Shown here piece after piece: positions 55,501 through 64,000 of a stretch of 64,000 bases of DNA (positions are counted from its first letter, which is position 1; every line of letters starts with the position of its first letter). The notes beneath the pieces were generated by a model. That model had not been told where the DNA came from, made no database searches, and saw nothing but the letters and a program-made list of their open reading frames with translations. Source of the DNA: Anaerolineales bacterium (GTDB lineage: Bacteria > Chloroflexota > Anaerolineae > Anaerolineales > UBA4823); contig JAGUYW010000034.1 of the NCBI GenBank assembly GCA_020061105.1, positions 1,173 through 65,172 on the forward strand, written 5' to 3'. Both the position numbers and the translations under genes were made by a program.

Positions 55501-57211
55501 GGTAAAGGGCGTTTTGCCTGGATAGCAGCTTTTTTAATTGTTGTTGATTGGCTTTGCTTTCTGTGATATCGGTATGCGTGCCTAACATGCGGCGAGAATT
55601 GCCCTCGGCATCCCACTCAATGAGTTTGCCTATGGACAAAATCCACTTCCAGCGGCCTGATTTGGCGCGCTGGCGAAATTCCACCCGGTACTCGGGAATC
55701 TTTCCAGCCAGGTAGGCGCGATAGATTTTCTCGACCGGCTCGCGATCCTCAGGATGCAAACGTTCGATCGAACTTGAGACAGTCTCTTCGAATTCTCCAG
55801 GCTGGTATTCTAACATCCGAAAATAATCATCATTGACAATTACCTTCCCAGAGGGAATATCCAGATCATACAACCCTTGCTTCGAAGCGCTAAGCGCCAG
55901 GCGCAGGCGGGTTTCGCTCTCACGCAAGGCCGCCTCGCTGCGCAGCCGGCGCAGCGCAATAGAGGCCTGGATCATGATGGTTTCAACCATTTCCTGATAA
56001 GGCGCCAGATCACGGCGGGCCAGAATGATCAGCGCTCCAAAATGATGATTTTCCCAATAGAAACTGATGCTGTAAATCGCATAAAGATTGAGTTGTTTTT
56101 CGATCGCACGGCACACTTCTTCAGACGCCTGGCGGGATATTAGTTGGTGTAGCCCACCTTCGGCCTTGAGCAAGCGATTGCTATGATACGATTGCAATTC
56201 CTCTGGGGTTGCTTCGGACAAGAGATAATCGTGATCAGCGGGATCGAGACCCAACTGGCGTGTAAGTTGCGCATATTGCGAGCCGAAGCCATACATTCCA
56301 ACCACGCGCTCGGCCTGCAAGGCATCATCAACAAGGGTCACAACGGTCTGCCCTTCACCGAGCAAGGTTTGCGCCTTTTCACCCACTAATTGCACAATCT
56401 CTTCAACTCGATCAAGCCGGGCAATCTGGTACTGGGTGTCCGACATTGTGAGCATGGCTTTTTCCATGCGTTTGCGTTCGGTGATGTCGTGCGCCATACC
56501 CCGCACGATGGGTTCAGCGACGCCCTCTGTGCGCAAGGAATTATGATATTCCCAAATCCGCCGCTCCCCGCTGTGGGTCAACATCGTCAATTCGCCGCTC
56601 GCAGCGCCATCCCGGCTTATTTTACGCAGGTACAATGGGAAAGCTCGCATCACCTCCGGATCTAAAAAATCACGGATATTTCTGTTCAACGTTTCGTCCA
56701 GGTCATATCCCAACGCTCGCTCTGCTGCCGGATTTATTGAAAGGATGACTCCATCCAAATTATGGGTGTAGATCAAATCCTGGCTGTGCTCGATCAGGTC
56801 TCGATAGCGCGCTTCGCTCTCGAACAGGGCTTTCGCAGCGCGGCGGCGTTCGAGGGCGTGGTTTAGCGAGACTAAAAGCTGTTCAATATCAATGGGTTTT
56901 TTCAGGTAGAAATAAGCGCCGGCGTTGACAGCGGCAATGGCGGTCTCTTCGGAAGCGTATCCGGTGAGTACAATACATTCGATGCGCGGCCAGCGCCGTT
57001 TGAGGGCATGCAAGACTTCTAAGCCAGGCATATCGCCCAGGCGCAAATCCAGAAGCGCCGCGGCAGGTTCAGCCTGTTCGGCAAGATGCAGCGCCTCTAC
57101 ACCGGTCCCCGCACAAACAGGGTCAAAGCCCTTGAGACTCAGAATATCGTGCAGCGTATGGCATAGATGAGGTTCATCATCCACAATCAGGATTCGCAGC
57201 GAATGGCTCAT
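52523..57211 (-). CDS. hybrid sensor histidine kinase: REC / PAS / GAF / multiple PAS and GAF / HisKA / HATPase / REC / HPt
   Basis: 1562 aa. Shows the N-terminal REC (ILIVDDEP...[11 protein letters not shown]), the H-box [15 protein letters not shown], the ATPase boxes ([25 protein letters not shown]), a second REC ([11 protein letters not shown]...[12 protein letters not shown]), and the C-terminal HPt motif HTLKSTAG. Confidence 0.9.
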   Translation of the reverse strand: MSHSLRILIVDDEPHLCHTLHDILSLKGFDPVCAGTGVEALHLAEQAEPAAALLDLRLGDMPGLEVLHALKRRWPRIECIVLTGYASEETAIAAVNAGAYFYLKKPIDIEQLLVSLNHALERRRAAKALFESEARYRDLIEHSQDLIYTHNLDGVILSINPAAERALGYDLDETLNRNIRDFLDPEVMRAFPLYLRKISRDGAASGELTMLTHSGERRIWEYHNSLRTEGVAEPIVRGMAHDITERKRMEKAMLTMSDTQYQIARLDRVEEIVQLVGEKAQTLLGEGQTVVTLVDDALQAERVVGMYGFGSQYAQLTRQLGLDPADHDYLLSEATPEELQSYHSNRLLKAEGGLHQLISRQASEEVCRAIEKQLNLYAIYSISFYWENHHFGALIILARRDLAPYQEMVETIMIQASIALRRLRSEAALRESETRLRLALSASKQGLYDLDIPSGKVIVNDDYFRMLEYQPGEFEETVSSSIERLHPEDREPVEKIYRAYLAGKIPEYRVEFRQRAKSGRWKWILSIGKLIEWDAEGNSRRMLGTHTDITESKANQQQLKKLLSRQNALYRLGLSLGGSLDLEEICQIAYREIQNFVPNSNFEIILYDESQQTISPMFIMADGQPVDARNLPAIPLDGQAGPNSRAILSKKADIVDDLSLDREKLKTYIVIETSDQRVARSILTVPMFVNEQVLGVVQMQHYEPGIYNEEDAQVLSSVANLLALAIHNARLYSSAQQEIRDRKLTQTALEEASDYLQAVLDSAGDAIFVHDADTGQILDVNQRMCEMYGYTRQEALNLAAGSLSMGESPYSLPEIMEWQRRARQVGPQTFEWLAKREDGSHFWAEISIRFTVIGGKNRFVVQTRDISERKQADEKIRQAERYFKALTENAPDGIVLISLEDKFKYISPSALRMLGYSMADYPDVAEANPGTLTHPEDLPRVLDVIMDVLQNPSHTPSLEYRFECKDGSWLWIESTFTNLLSDPNLEGLVINFRNIQERKQAEEELLRYRQHLEDLVEERTAQLVDAKEQAEAANRAKSDFLAVMSHEIRTPLNGILGLTYLAMQTELDEKQSAYLSNIQISGETLLAIINDILDFSKIEAGKMELEIASFNLDEILHKLTGMFVHRAQEKGNSINFDKSPDTPRLLVGDPARLGQILINLLSNAIKFTEQGEISLQVRQVASTLGETTLEFSVRDTGMGMTAEQVARLFQPFMQADSSTSRKFGGTGLGLTISQRLVKMMGGEIIVHSVARQGSIFTFTVNLMLQLAIEKSDTGAPVFADQNLIEAQPSQLQDASHLLENLKDKHVLLVEDNEINQLVAVELLARMGIQVQVANNGIEATEMITQQAFDAVLMDIQMPVMDGYETTAMIRRDPRFAIGKLPIIAMTAHALAGEREKALRAGLDDYISKPIDVDRLTQVLMHWLGNPAMNSHTDRPFEQSLAVQSPTPSVILDTKQALRRLGNQALYERLLRMFQSDQADAARKIRAALETADHKTALRLAHTLKSTAGVIGAVDLSQAAQALEQALLANETNPDTALLESVESWLAATMETVAKVATPPSHP

Positions 57212-57960
57212 GGATGCCCCAACGCTTTCTTCAACTGGCGTGAGCGGATCTCCGCCAGGGCATTGAATAATTCTGACATCACCAGCGGCTTGTACAGGCA
57301 GGCATAGGCGTTAATATCGAGCGCTTTTTCAATGGCAGTAGCCATCTCCCGGCCAAAAGCCGTAACCAGCAAAACAGGTAATTTGGGATAACGTTGGCGA
57401 ATTCTTTGTAGAACTTCGTGCCCATCGACGCTTTTCAACTTCATATCCAGCAAGATGACTTGCTCTTCCCCATCGATGCTGCTCAAGGCCTGGTAGGCGT
57501 CGATGATGACCTTGACGGTATAGCCGCGCTGGGATAATATATCGCCCAGTGTACGACAAAAGACCTGGTCATCGTCGACGATGGCGATCAATTGCGTCTC
57601 GCTCAAAAGCGCCAGAAAATTCAACACCTGGGAGAGATCGAGCGGCTTGTCCAACACCGCCAGGGCCCCCATTTCCATGCCATGGGCAGTCAGTTCTTCT
57701 GAAGCGTAGGCGGTCATTAGCACCACTGGCAAGTCAGGTTGAATTTGATGCAAAGCAGCGCATAATTCAGCGCCGTTCATGCCTGGCATGACGATATCGC
57801 TAATGACACAGAAGAATTCAAATTTGTGAGCAAGTTCCAGGGCGGCTTCTGCGCTATGCGCCTGGATCGTCTGGTAGCCTTGCATACCCAGTATATCGGC
57901 CAATGTTGAGGCCATGCTGGGCTCATCATCGACAACAAGAACTCGCAGCGTTTCATTCAT
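57208..57960 (-). CDS. response regulator with two tandem receiver domains, no output domain
   Basis: 250 aa. REC1 is LVVDDEP...[12 protein letters not shown] and REC2 is IAIVDDDQ...[12 protein letters not shown]. It has 4-nt overlaps with both neighbouring genes. Confidence 0.85.
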   Translation of the reverse strand: MNETLRVLVVDDEPSMASTLADILGMQGYQTIQAHSAEAALELAHKFEFFCVISDIVMPGMNGAELCAALHQIQPDLPVVLMTAYASEELTAHGMEMGALAVLDKPLDLSQVLNFLALLSETQLIAIVDDDQVFCRTLGDILSQRGYTVKVIIDAYQALSSIDGEEQVILLDMKLKSVDGHEVLQRIRQRYPKLPVLLVTAFGREMATAIEKALDINAYACLYKPLVMSELFNALAEIRSRQLKKALGHP

Positions 57961-60900
57961 GGGTGAACCTCCTCGATAATTGGCAACGTGATGGTAAAGG
58001 CGCTGCCAGCGCCAACTGCGCTCTGAAAATCGATCCTACCGCCGTTAGCTTCGGTCAGTTTGCGGCTGACAGCCAGCCCCAAACCAATGCCACGCGGTTT
58101 GGTGGAAAACAGCGGCTCGAAGACTTTGGCCAGATTTTCTGAGGCAATGCCTTCGCCATGATCCTGGATAGAAATCGCCAGCCAGCCAGCTTCTGCGCGC
58201 TGCGCCGAGAAGATCACTTCTCCTCCGCCTGGCATAGCTTGATAGGCGTTCACCAACAGGTTGCCCAGCACCTGCGCCATCTGCTGCAAGTCAATATGCA
58301 GGCTGGGCAGGTCGTCTGGCAGGCGGCGGTCGATGGCAACGTTGGCTGGCGGTGGGAAGCGAGCCAGCGCATCATCTGCCAGCCTGGCAAGCGAGACATG
58401 TTCCAGGTCGACAGAACGGGAGCGCCCATAGAGCAACAGATCGCCGATAATTTTATCGGCGATGCGTACCTGGCCTTCGATGACCCCAAGGTATTCCTTG
58501 ACCTTGTCTGCTGCGCCAGGCTGGATCAGGCGCAGGAAATAGACAGCGTTGCTGATCACACCTAACGGATTGCGTAATTCGTGGCCCACGCCGCCTGCCA
58601 ACTGACCAAGACCGCCAGTCGCTCTTGGCGCACCAGTTTCTCCTGAGCATCTCTGAGTTCGAGGGTGCGCTCCTCTACCATTTCTTCAAGCCGCTCGGAG
58701 TAGGCTTTGAGGGATTCTTCAGATTGCTTGCGTTCAGTAATGTCCTGAATGACAGCCAGGAAGGCATGCTCTTTTTCGAAATATTGTAAGTGCACTTCAA
58801 CCGGGTAAAGATCGCCATTCATACGGCGATGGACGGTCTCAAAGACCTGGACAGTTTTTTCCCGCCTCAATAATGACCCCAATACCTGCTCAAAATCTTC
58901 CGGTGTGAACTGTGGTTTAATGTCCAGCGGGGTAAGCTGCCGAGCCTGCTCGAAATCGATCAACAAATTTTTCAGAGCGCCTGAGTTGACGAAACGGAAT
59001 TTCAAGGTGTCGGCGTCGAAAACATAAATCTCATTCAGGCTGGCAGCCAGGATATTGAAAAGCAATTCGCGCTCGGCGTCGGCTTTCTTAAGATCGGTGA
59101 TGTCCGTAGAGATGCCGCCAACGCCATAAATATCATCTTCGGAAGCAACGAGGGGAAATTTAATTGAAAGATAGATGTGCTTGCCATCCGGTTGCTCGTT
59201 CTCTTCTTCAATCATGTAGGGTTGGCGACTTTCGATCACATGAAGGTCGTTGGCGCGATGGGATTCGGCGATCTCGGCGGGCAAAATCGCCTGGCGGGTC
59301 TTTGAAATCAGCGTCTGGCGCGGCACACCGAACAACGTTTCCAAAGCGCGGTTGATCAAAAGGAAGCGGCCTTCTAAATCCAGAGCATATACCAGAGAGG
59401 CGCTGTTGTCGGTAATATCTTCGAGAAGTTTACGGCTTTCCTTGAGCGCCTGTTCCGCTTGAATGCGCTCGGTGATATCCTGGACAAAAACCAAAGCGCC
59501 ATGTTCACCGCCGTAGAAAAACGGCACAGCCGATTCTTCAACGTCAACGCTGCTGCCATCCAATCTCAAGATCTTTTCCACGATCATAGGGACTGCTTTG
59601 CGCTCTTCATTCAACTGCCTGATGCGCACGTTTACCTGTTCACGGCAGGCAAGATGAAAGTAGTCAGTCACCGTCTGTCCCAACAACTGCCCGGTATTTT
59701 GCACGCCAAAAAGTTGTAGGCCAGCCGGGTTGATGTAGGCAAATTTCTTCCTGGTCTGAACAAAGATTACAGTTGGGGCCTGCTCTACCAGCGTGCGAAA
59801 ACGCTCTTCACTCTCCCGCAAGGCATCTTCGGCGCGTTTACGCTCGGTTATATCGCGGACGGTGTTCAGAATATATTGTTCTCCATCGATTTCGATGAGC
59901 GCAGCAGACAGTAAACCCTGATGGATGGCGCCATCTTTGGAACGAAACTGGGATTCAAAGTTCACAGCGTTGTCGCCAGATTGCAAGACGGCGACGATTT
60001 TCTCGCGGTCAACAAGGTTGTCCCAGATGCCAAGTTCAATAGAAGTATTTCCAAGCACTTCTTGCTCCGAAAAGCCAAGAATGCGCTCGAAGCCTTGGTT
60101 AATCGAAGCAAACCGCCCATCAGACAAACGGGTGATCGAAACAGCATCGGGCGTAATCATGAAAGCTTTCTTGAATTTCTCTTCGCTAGCGCGCAACGCT
60201 TCAGCCGCCTGGTAGCGCTCCAGGCGATACCGCCAGCGTTGGCGCCCCCATAACACATACAACCCAGCGCCAGAGGCGACAACCAGGGCAGAAAAGAAGA
60301 TCACCGTTTGCCATAACCGCTCTTGCAAGGGAGCGAAAGCCTCGTCCTGATCCAGGCGCGCCACCAGGAACCAGGGTGAATTGGGCACCGGAGCGATCGC
60401 GCCAACCACAGCCTGACCGCGATAGTCAATCCCCTCTACTACACCGCTCTGCCCGAGGGCAGCTTTGGCCGCCAGGATGCGTGTTTCTTCCATCGATATG
60501 CCCAGAGTCAGAGCAGCGTCCTTTCGAAAGCGCAAGGGATTCAAGAACACAACCTCATTACCTTCACGCCGCACAAGCAACGTCTCGGCGCTCTCGCTGG
60601 CAGTGGGCCACTGAACGATATAGGGATAAAGATAAGTTTCTGGATTGATCATCAGAACCAGGATGCCCAATGGCTGGCCCAAGTCTTGCCCGGCGTAAAT
60701 GGGTACCAAAAGCGAAAGAACAATGCTCTGGTCGACCTGGTGAAAGTGAAAATCGAGAAATACCACCTGCCCTGCTTGTAGAGTGGGAGCCACTTGTTCA
60801 AGCATGTGGGCATCGATTGGCTCGAAAACAGGGGGCGCTGCAATCCGTTCGCTCCCGCCAGTGTCCAGCAGGTAAATCTGGCTGTAGTGATAAGACTCGA

Positions 60901-61954
60901 CCAGGTTTTCCATCCAGTTCTGAAGCTGCTCCTCTACGATGGCGTCACTCGGATTTTCCAGGTAATTTTTCACTAAAGCGGCAAATGCGACGTTTTTTTG
61001 CAAAGCCTGGGCGTCTCCCAACCGTTCGGCGCGCCAGCTCTGTAATTCGCTTACTTTCAGCCCGGCGATAGCCGACAATTGGCTTTCCACCTGAGCGCGA
61101 AAATCCCGCTCGAAATTACGATAGGAAAGGTAACCCGCAACGGCCAATCCGGTCGCCAGGATTGCCAGAGTTAACAAAAACATTGCCTGGGAGCGCTTTT
61201 CCTGGGGATCGAGCCGTCCTGCGGAGGGGGCTGGCTGGGGCCTGCGCTTCAGAAAATCGAAGCGAAATACCGCCACAGCCGCAAGCGCTGCGCCTAGCGC
61301 AAAGCCCGGTATGGCGGGGTTGAATGCACCTTGCGGGAGCCAGTTGAAAACAGTAAGCAAGGTGATCATGAATGGGACCAAAGCTGAAGCAGTCAAGAAA
61401 ACCGCCTGCAAGCGGTAGCGGCGTGCGGCGCGCCATGCTGACCATAGCAGCACACAAGAACCTGCCAACAGGAGCAACTGCCCATAGAAGAGATGCACCA
61501 AAAACCACGGCCCGGTGACGCGCACGGCAGTCTCGGCGATCCAAAAAGGCCCGTCCTGGTGAAAGCCCACCTCTTGCTGCACCCAAAAGAAATGGAAACC
61601 GCTCGTCCAAACCATCGCTTGGGTAATGAGCGGAATGATAAATAAAACGCCTAAAAACGTTTTAGAAAACCAGGCCCGCCGCCCGCTGTATTCCAATGCA
61701 AAAAGCAGCCACAACGGGAAGAGCGCAGCAAAGGGCAAAAAGCGGGTCTTGAACCAGAATAAGGCCAGGGCTTCGTTCGGACTGAGCATCAAGAATACTT
61801 CTTGCAAGGCAGCCAGTCCCAAGACCAGCGCCAGCCAGAAGTAAATTTGATTGCTCAAAACAGCGCGCTGCCGCCAGGCCTGCCAGGCCAAAAAGCCAGA
61901 TACGAGCAGCGCAGCCAGCACCGCCCCGAAATAAACCCCAGTTTGCCAGGTCAC
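57957..61954 (-). pseudogene. 7TM / Cache-like / 5x PAS sensor histidine kinase split by a 1-nt frameshift just before the H-box
   Basis: ORF 58562-61954 ends ...RQERLAVLVSWQAAWATNYAIR*. ORF 57957-58601, in another frame, starts LAGGVGHELRNPL. The adjacent paralog reads QRLAVMGQLAGGVGHELRNPL in a single frame. One extra G in the GG run (CC at 58606-58607 on the + strand) would restore a single ORF. Confidence 0.7.
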
Positions 61955-64000
61955 CTTTCGGCCTCCTCCCAGGTGGGCAAGAACACGCTAAAAACTGCCC
62001 CTTCACCCGCTTGGCTTTGCAGCTCGATCCGCCCGCCGTTGGCCTCGACCAGCTTCTTGCTGACCGCCAACCCCAACCCAATGCCCTTGGGCTTGGTGGT
62101 AAAAAGCGGCTCGAACATTTTTGGCAGATTCTCAGGTGAGATGCCCGAACCGCTATCTTCGACAGCGATGCAAATTTCCTTACCGTATGAAACGGCAGAG
62201 ATCGTCAGGCTGCCGCCCTGGGGCATAGCCTGGCAGGCATTCACCACCAGGTTACCCAGTACCTGTTCGATCTGGAGCCGGTCGGCATAGATTTTTGGCA
62301 AACTTACGGGGATTGCCTGCGAGACATTCACAGTTGCGTGAACTGGGTAACGACTCAAGACACTCTGGATAAGGTCGGCAACTTGGACGGGCTCAGGTTC
62401 AACCGATTTGGCGCGTGCAAAATCGAGTAGATCGGCAATGATCCGTTCAGCTGTGCGCACTTCCTTTTCGATTATGCCGAGATACTCTTTGATCTTCTCG
62501 CCGGCGTCAGGCTGGGTAATTTGCAGGTAATAAACCGCGTTATTAATAACCGCTAACGGGTTGCGCAGTTCATGCCCCACACCGCCAGCCAGTTGGCCCA
62601 TCACAGCCAGGCGCTGTTGGCACAAGAGTTGTTCTTGCGTCTCGTGTAACTGACGGGTGCGCTCTTCTACGTCTGCTTCCAGGCGCGCCTCGTATTCTTC
62701 GCGCAGCCTCTCTGTACGTTTGCATTCGGTAATATCACGGCAGAAACACGCCAATTGGCCAGCGCCGATTTCCAGGTAGGTGATAGAAATTTCTACCTCA
62801 ATAAGGCTGCCATCTTTGCGCCGGTGGCAGGTTTCGAATAAATCCGAACCGTTGGTGAGGATACGCGCCATACGTTGGCGCGTTTCGGCAGCGTTCTCAT
62901 CCACATCAATATCCCATACACTCAGCTCCAGGATTTCTGCGCGGCTGTAGCCGCTTATATCGCAATAGGCCTGGTTTACTTCTATGAAGCGACCTTCCAG
63001 ATTGACCATCCAAAAGCCGTCCTGAGCGGTTTGCAGAATAGCGCTGAGGAATTTTTCTTTCTCCGCTAACCGGGCATGCGTTTCCTTGATCTGGCTGATA
63101 TCAATAAATACAGCCAGGTTGCCAACGTACTTACCATCCTGGTAGCGCGGGCTGCCGCTAACCTGAACGGGCAGCAGCGAGCCATCTTTACGAAGCAGAG
63201 TCAATTCATAACGGCTGGCAATGCCTTGCGCGCGCTGGCGGTTGATTTCTTGTACTTTTTGAATCTGATCGGGTGGCATTACTTCACGGATGTGCTTTCC
63301 AAGCATCTCTTGCGGGGTGTAACCAAGCATGGCAGCGGCAGCTGGGTTTACAAAAGAAAAGCATCCATCTAGATCCTCGACAACGATGCCTTCGCCCATC
63401 GTTTCGATGAGGCCGGTGTGGAACAATCGTAGTGTTTCTAACTCGGATTGCATTTCCTTGCGCCAGGTGATATCGCGCAACGAAGCCAGCCAGGCCGGCT
63501 GGCCATGCCATTCAATGCGGCGAGCGCGGAATTCCACAATCCGTTCTTTCTGGCCAGGACGGTGTAAAGTGATCTCAGTAAATTCTCCACTGTCAAGAGG
63601 CAAGCCAATCTCCTGACCAGCCAGATCGTCGGAAGACAAGTTGAGCAATTCACAGGCCGCCGGATTGGCAAACAACCCGCGACCGCTCTCGTCTACTACC
63701 ACCATACCATCCGTGTTGTTGGCAATCAAATCGCTCAGTTGAGCTTCTTTTTCGCGCGCCGCGTCTTCGGCGGCTTTAATCCGCAGCATCGATTTGACCC
63801 GCGCCACCAGTTCGCGATTCGAGATGGGGCGGATCAAGTAGCCATCGGCGCCAGTTTCTAATCCTTGCACCCGGCTTTCGATATCGATGCGGGAACCAGA
63901 GACAATCACCACAAAGATAGATGCCAATTCCGGATCAGATTTGATACGGCGACAGACTTCCAGCCCATCCATCACGGGCATACTGATATCCAGGAGCATC
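61951..64000 (-). CDS. REC / 3x PAS / HisKA / HATPase hybrid-type histidine kinase; the 5' end lies beyond the window
   Basis: 682 aa or more. The window-edge residues LLDISMPVMDGLEV are mid-receiver domain, so the true start is upstream of 64000. Shows the H-box LAGGVGHELRNPL and the ATPase boxes NLVVNACQAM, DSGSGI and GIGLGLAVS. Confidence 0.85.
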   Translation of the reverse strand, partial: MLLDISMPVMDGLEVCRRIKSDPELASIFVVIVSGSRIDIESRVQGLETGADGYLIRPISNRELVARVKSMLRIKAAEDAAREKEAQLSDLIANNTDGMVVVDESGRGLFANPAACELLNLSSDDLAGQEIGLPLDSGEFTEITLHRPGQKERIVEFRARRIEWHGQPAWLASLRDITWRKEMQSELETLRLFHTGLIETMGEGIVVEDLDGCFSFVNPAAAAMLGYTPQEMLGKHIREVMPPDQIQKVQEINRQRAQGIASRYELTLLRKDGSLLPVQVSGSPRYQDGKYVGNLAVFIDISQIKETHARLAEKEKFLSAILQTAQDGFWMVNLEGRFIEVNQAYCDISGYSRAEILELSVWDIDVDENAAETRQRMARILTNGSDLFETCHRRKDGSLIEVEISITYLEIGAGQLACFCRDITECKRTERLREEYEARLEADVEERTRQLHETQEQLLCQQRLAVMGQLAGGVGHELRNPLAVINNAVYYLQITQPDAGEKIKEYLGIIEKEVRTAERIIADLLDFARAKSVEPEPVQVADLIQSVLSRYPVHATVNVSQAIPVSLPKIYADRLQIEQVLGNLVVNACQAMPQGGSLTISAVSYGKEICIAVEDSGSGISPENLPKMFEPLFTTKPKGIGLGLAVSKKLVEANGGRIELQSQAGEGAVFSVFLPTWEEAER

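Overview
A 64-kb chromosomal segment from a moderately high-GC bacterium. The gene content and protein styles (PT-rich linkers, DUF5666-type anti-sigma factor, short EF-Ts, many PAS histidine kinases) remind me of Chloroflexota/Anaerolineae, but I cannot verify that here. I see about 55 protein genes and no rRNA, tRNA, CRISPR array, transposase or integrase.

Recognisable blocks:
- Signalling and housekeeping genes on the minus strand (1-4880).
- yceD-like gene and metG (4983-7613).
- nrfHA, the cytochrome c nitrite reductase (8601-10387).
- ECF sigma factor and anti-sigma factor (10613-12045).
- A MacB-like ABC exporter operon headed by a Rab-like small GTPase, with a divergent coiled-coil / membrane-SH3 gene pair (12050-19606).
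- A complete CysO-thiocarboxylate cysteine pathway cluster, cysM-mec-DUF4395-thioredoxin-cysO-moeZ (19684-23477).
- A secreted clostripain-like peptidase plus a paralogous domain protein (23798-26912).
- kamA, an M32 carboxypeptidase, a serA-like dehydrogenase and a WS/DGAT (27076-33631).
- A second MacAB-like exporter (33729-37077).
- A gltD-like gene, gyrA and birA.
- The conserved rpsB-tsf-pyrH-frr-uppS-cdsA block.
- A SAM-I riboswitch with metK.
- A fur-cbiMNQO operon and trxA.
- A four-gene overlapping phosphorelay cluster (52523-64000), one member of which carries a 1-nt frameshift.

Most interesting observations:
- The Rab-like GTPase sits 4 nt upstream of, and on the same strand as, the ABC/MFP exporter, next to a divergent coiled-coil / longin-like / SH3b membrane protein.
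- A Met-codon-rich leader ORF with terminator and antiterminator arms lies upstream of metG.
- A long structured leader with a Cys-containing mini-ORF lies upstream of the cysM operon.
- A perfect TGTGA-N6-TCACA site sits at about -41.5 of the nrfHA promoter.

All functional calls come from motif reading by eye. No database search was run.
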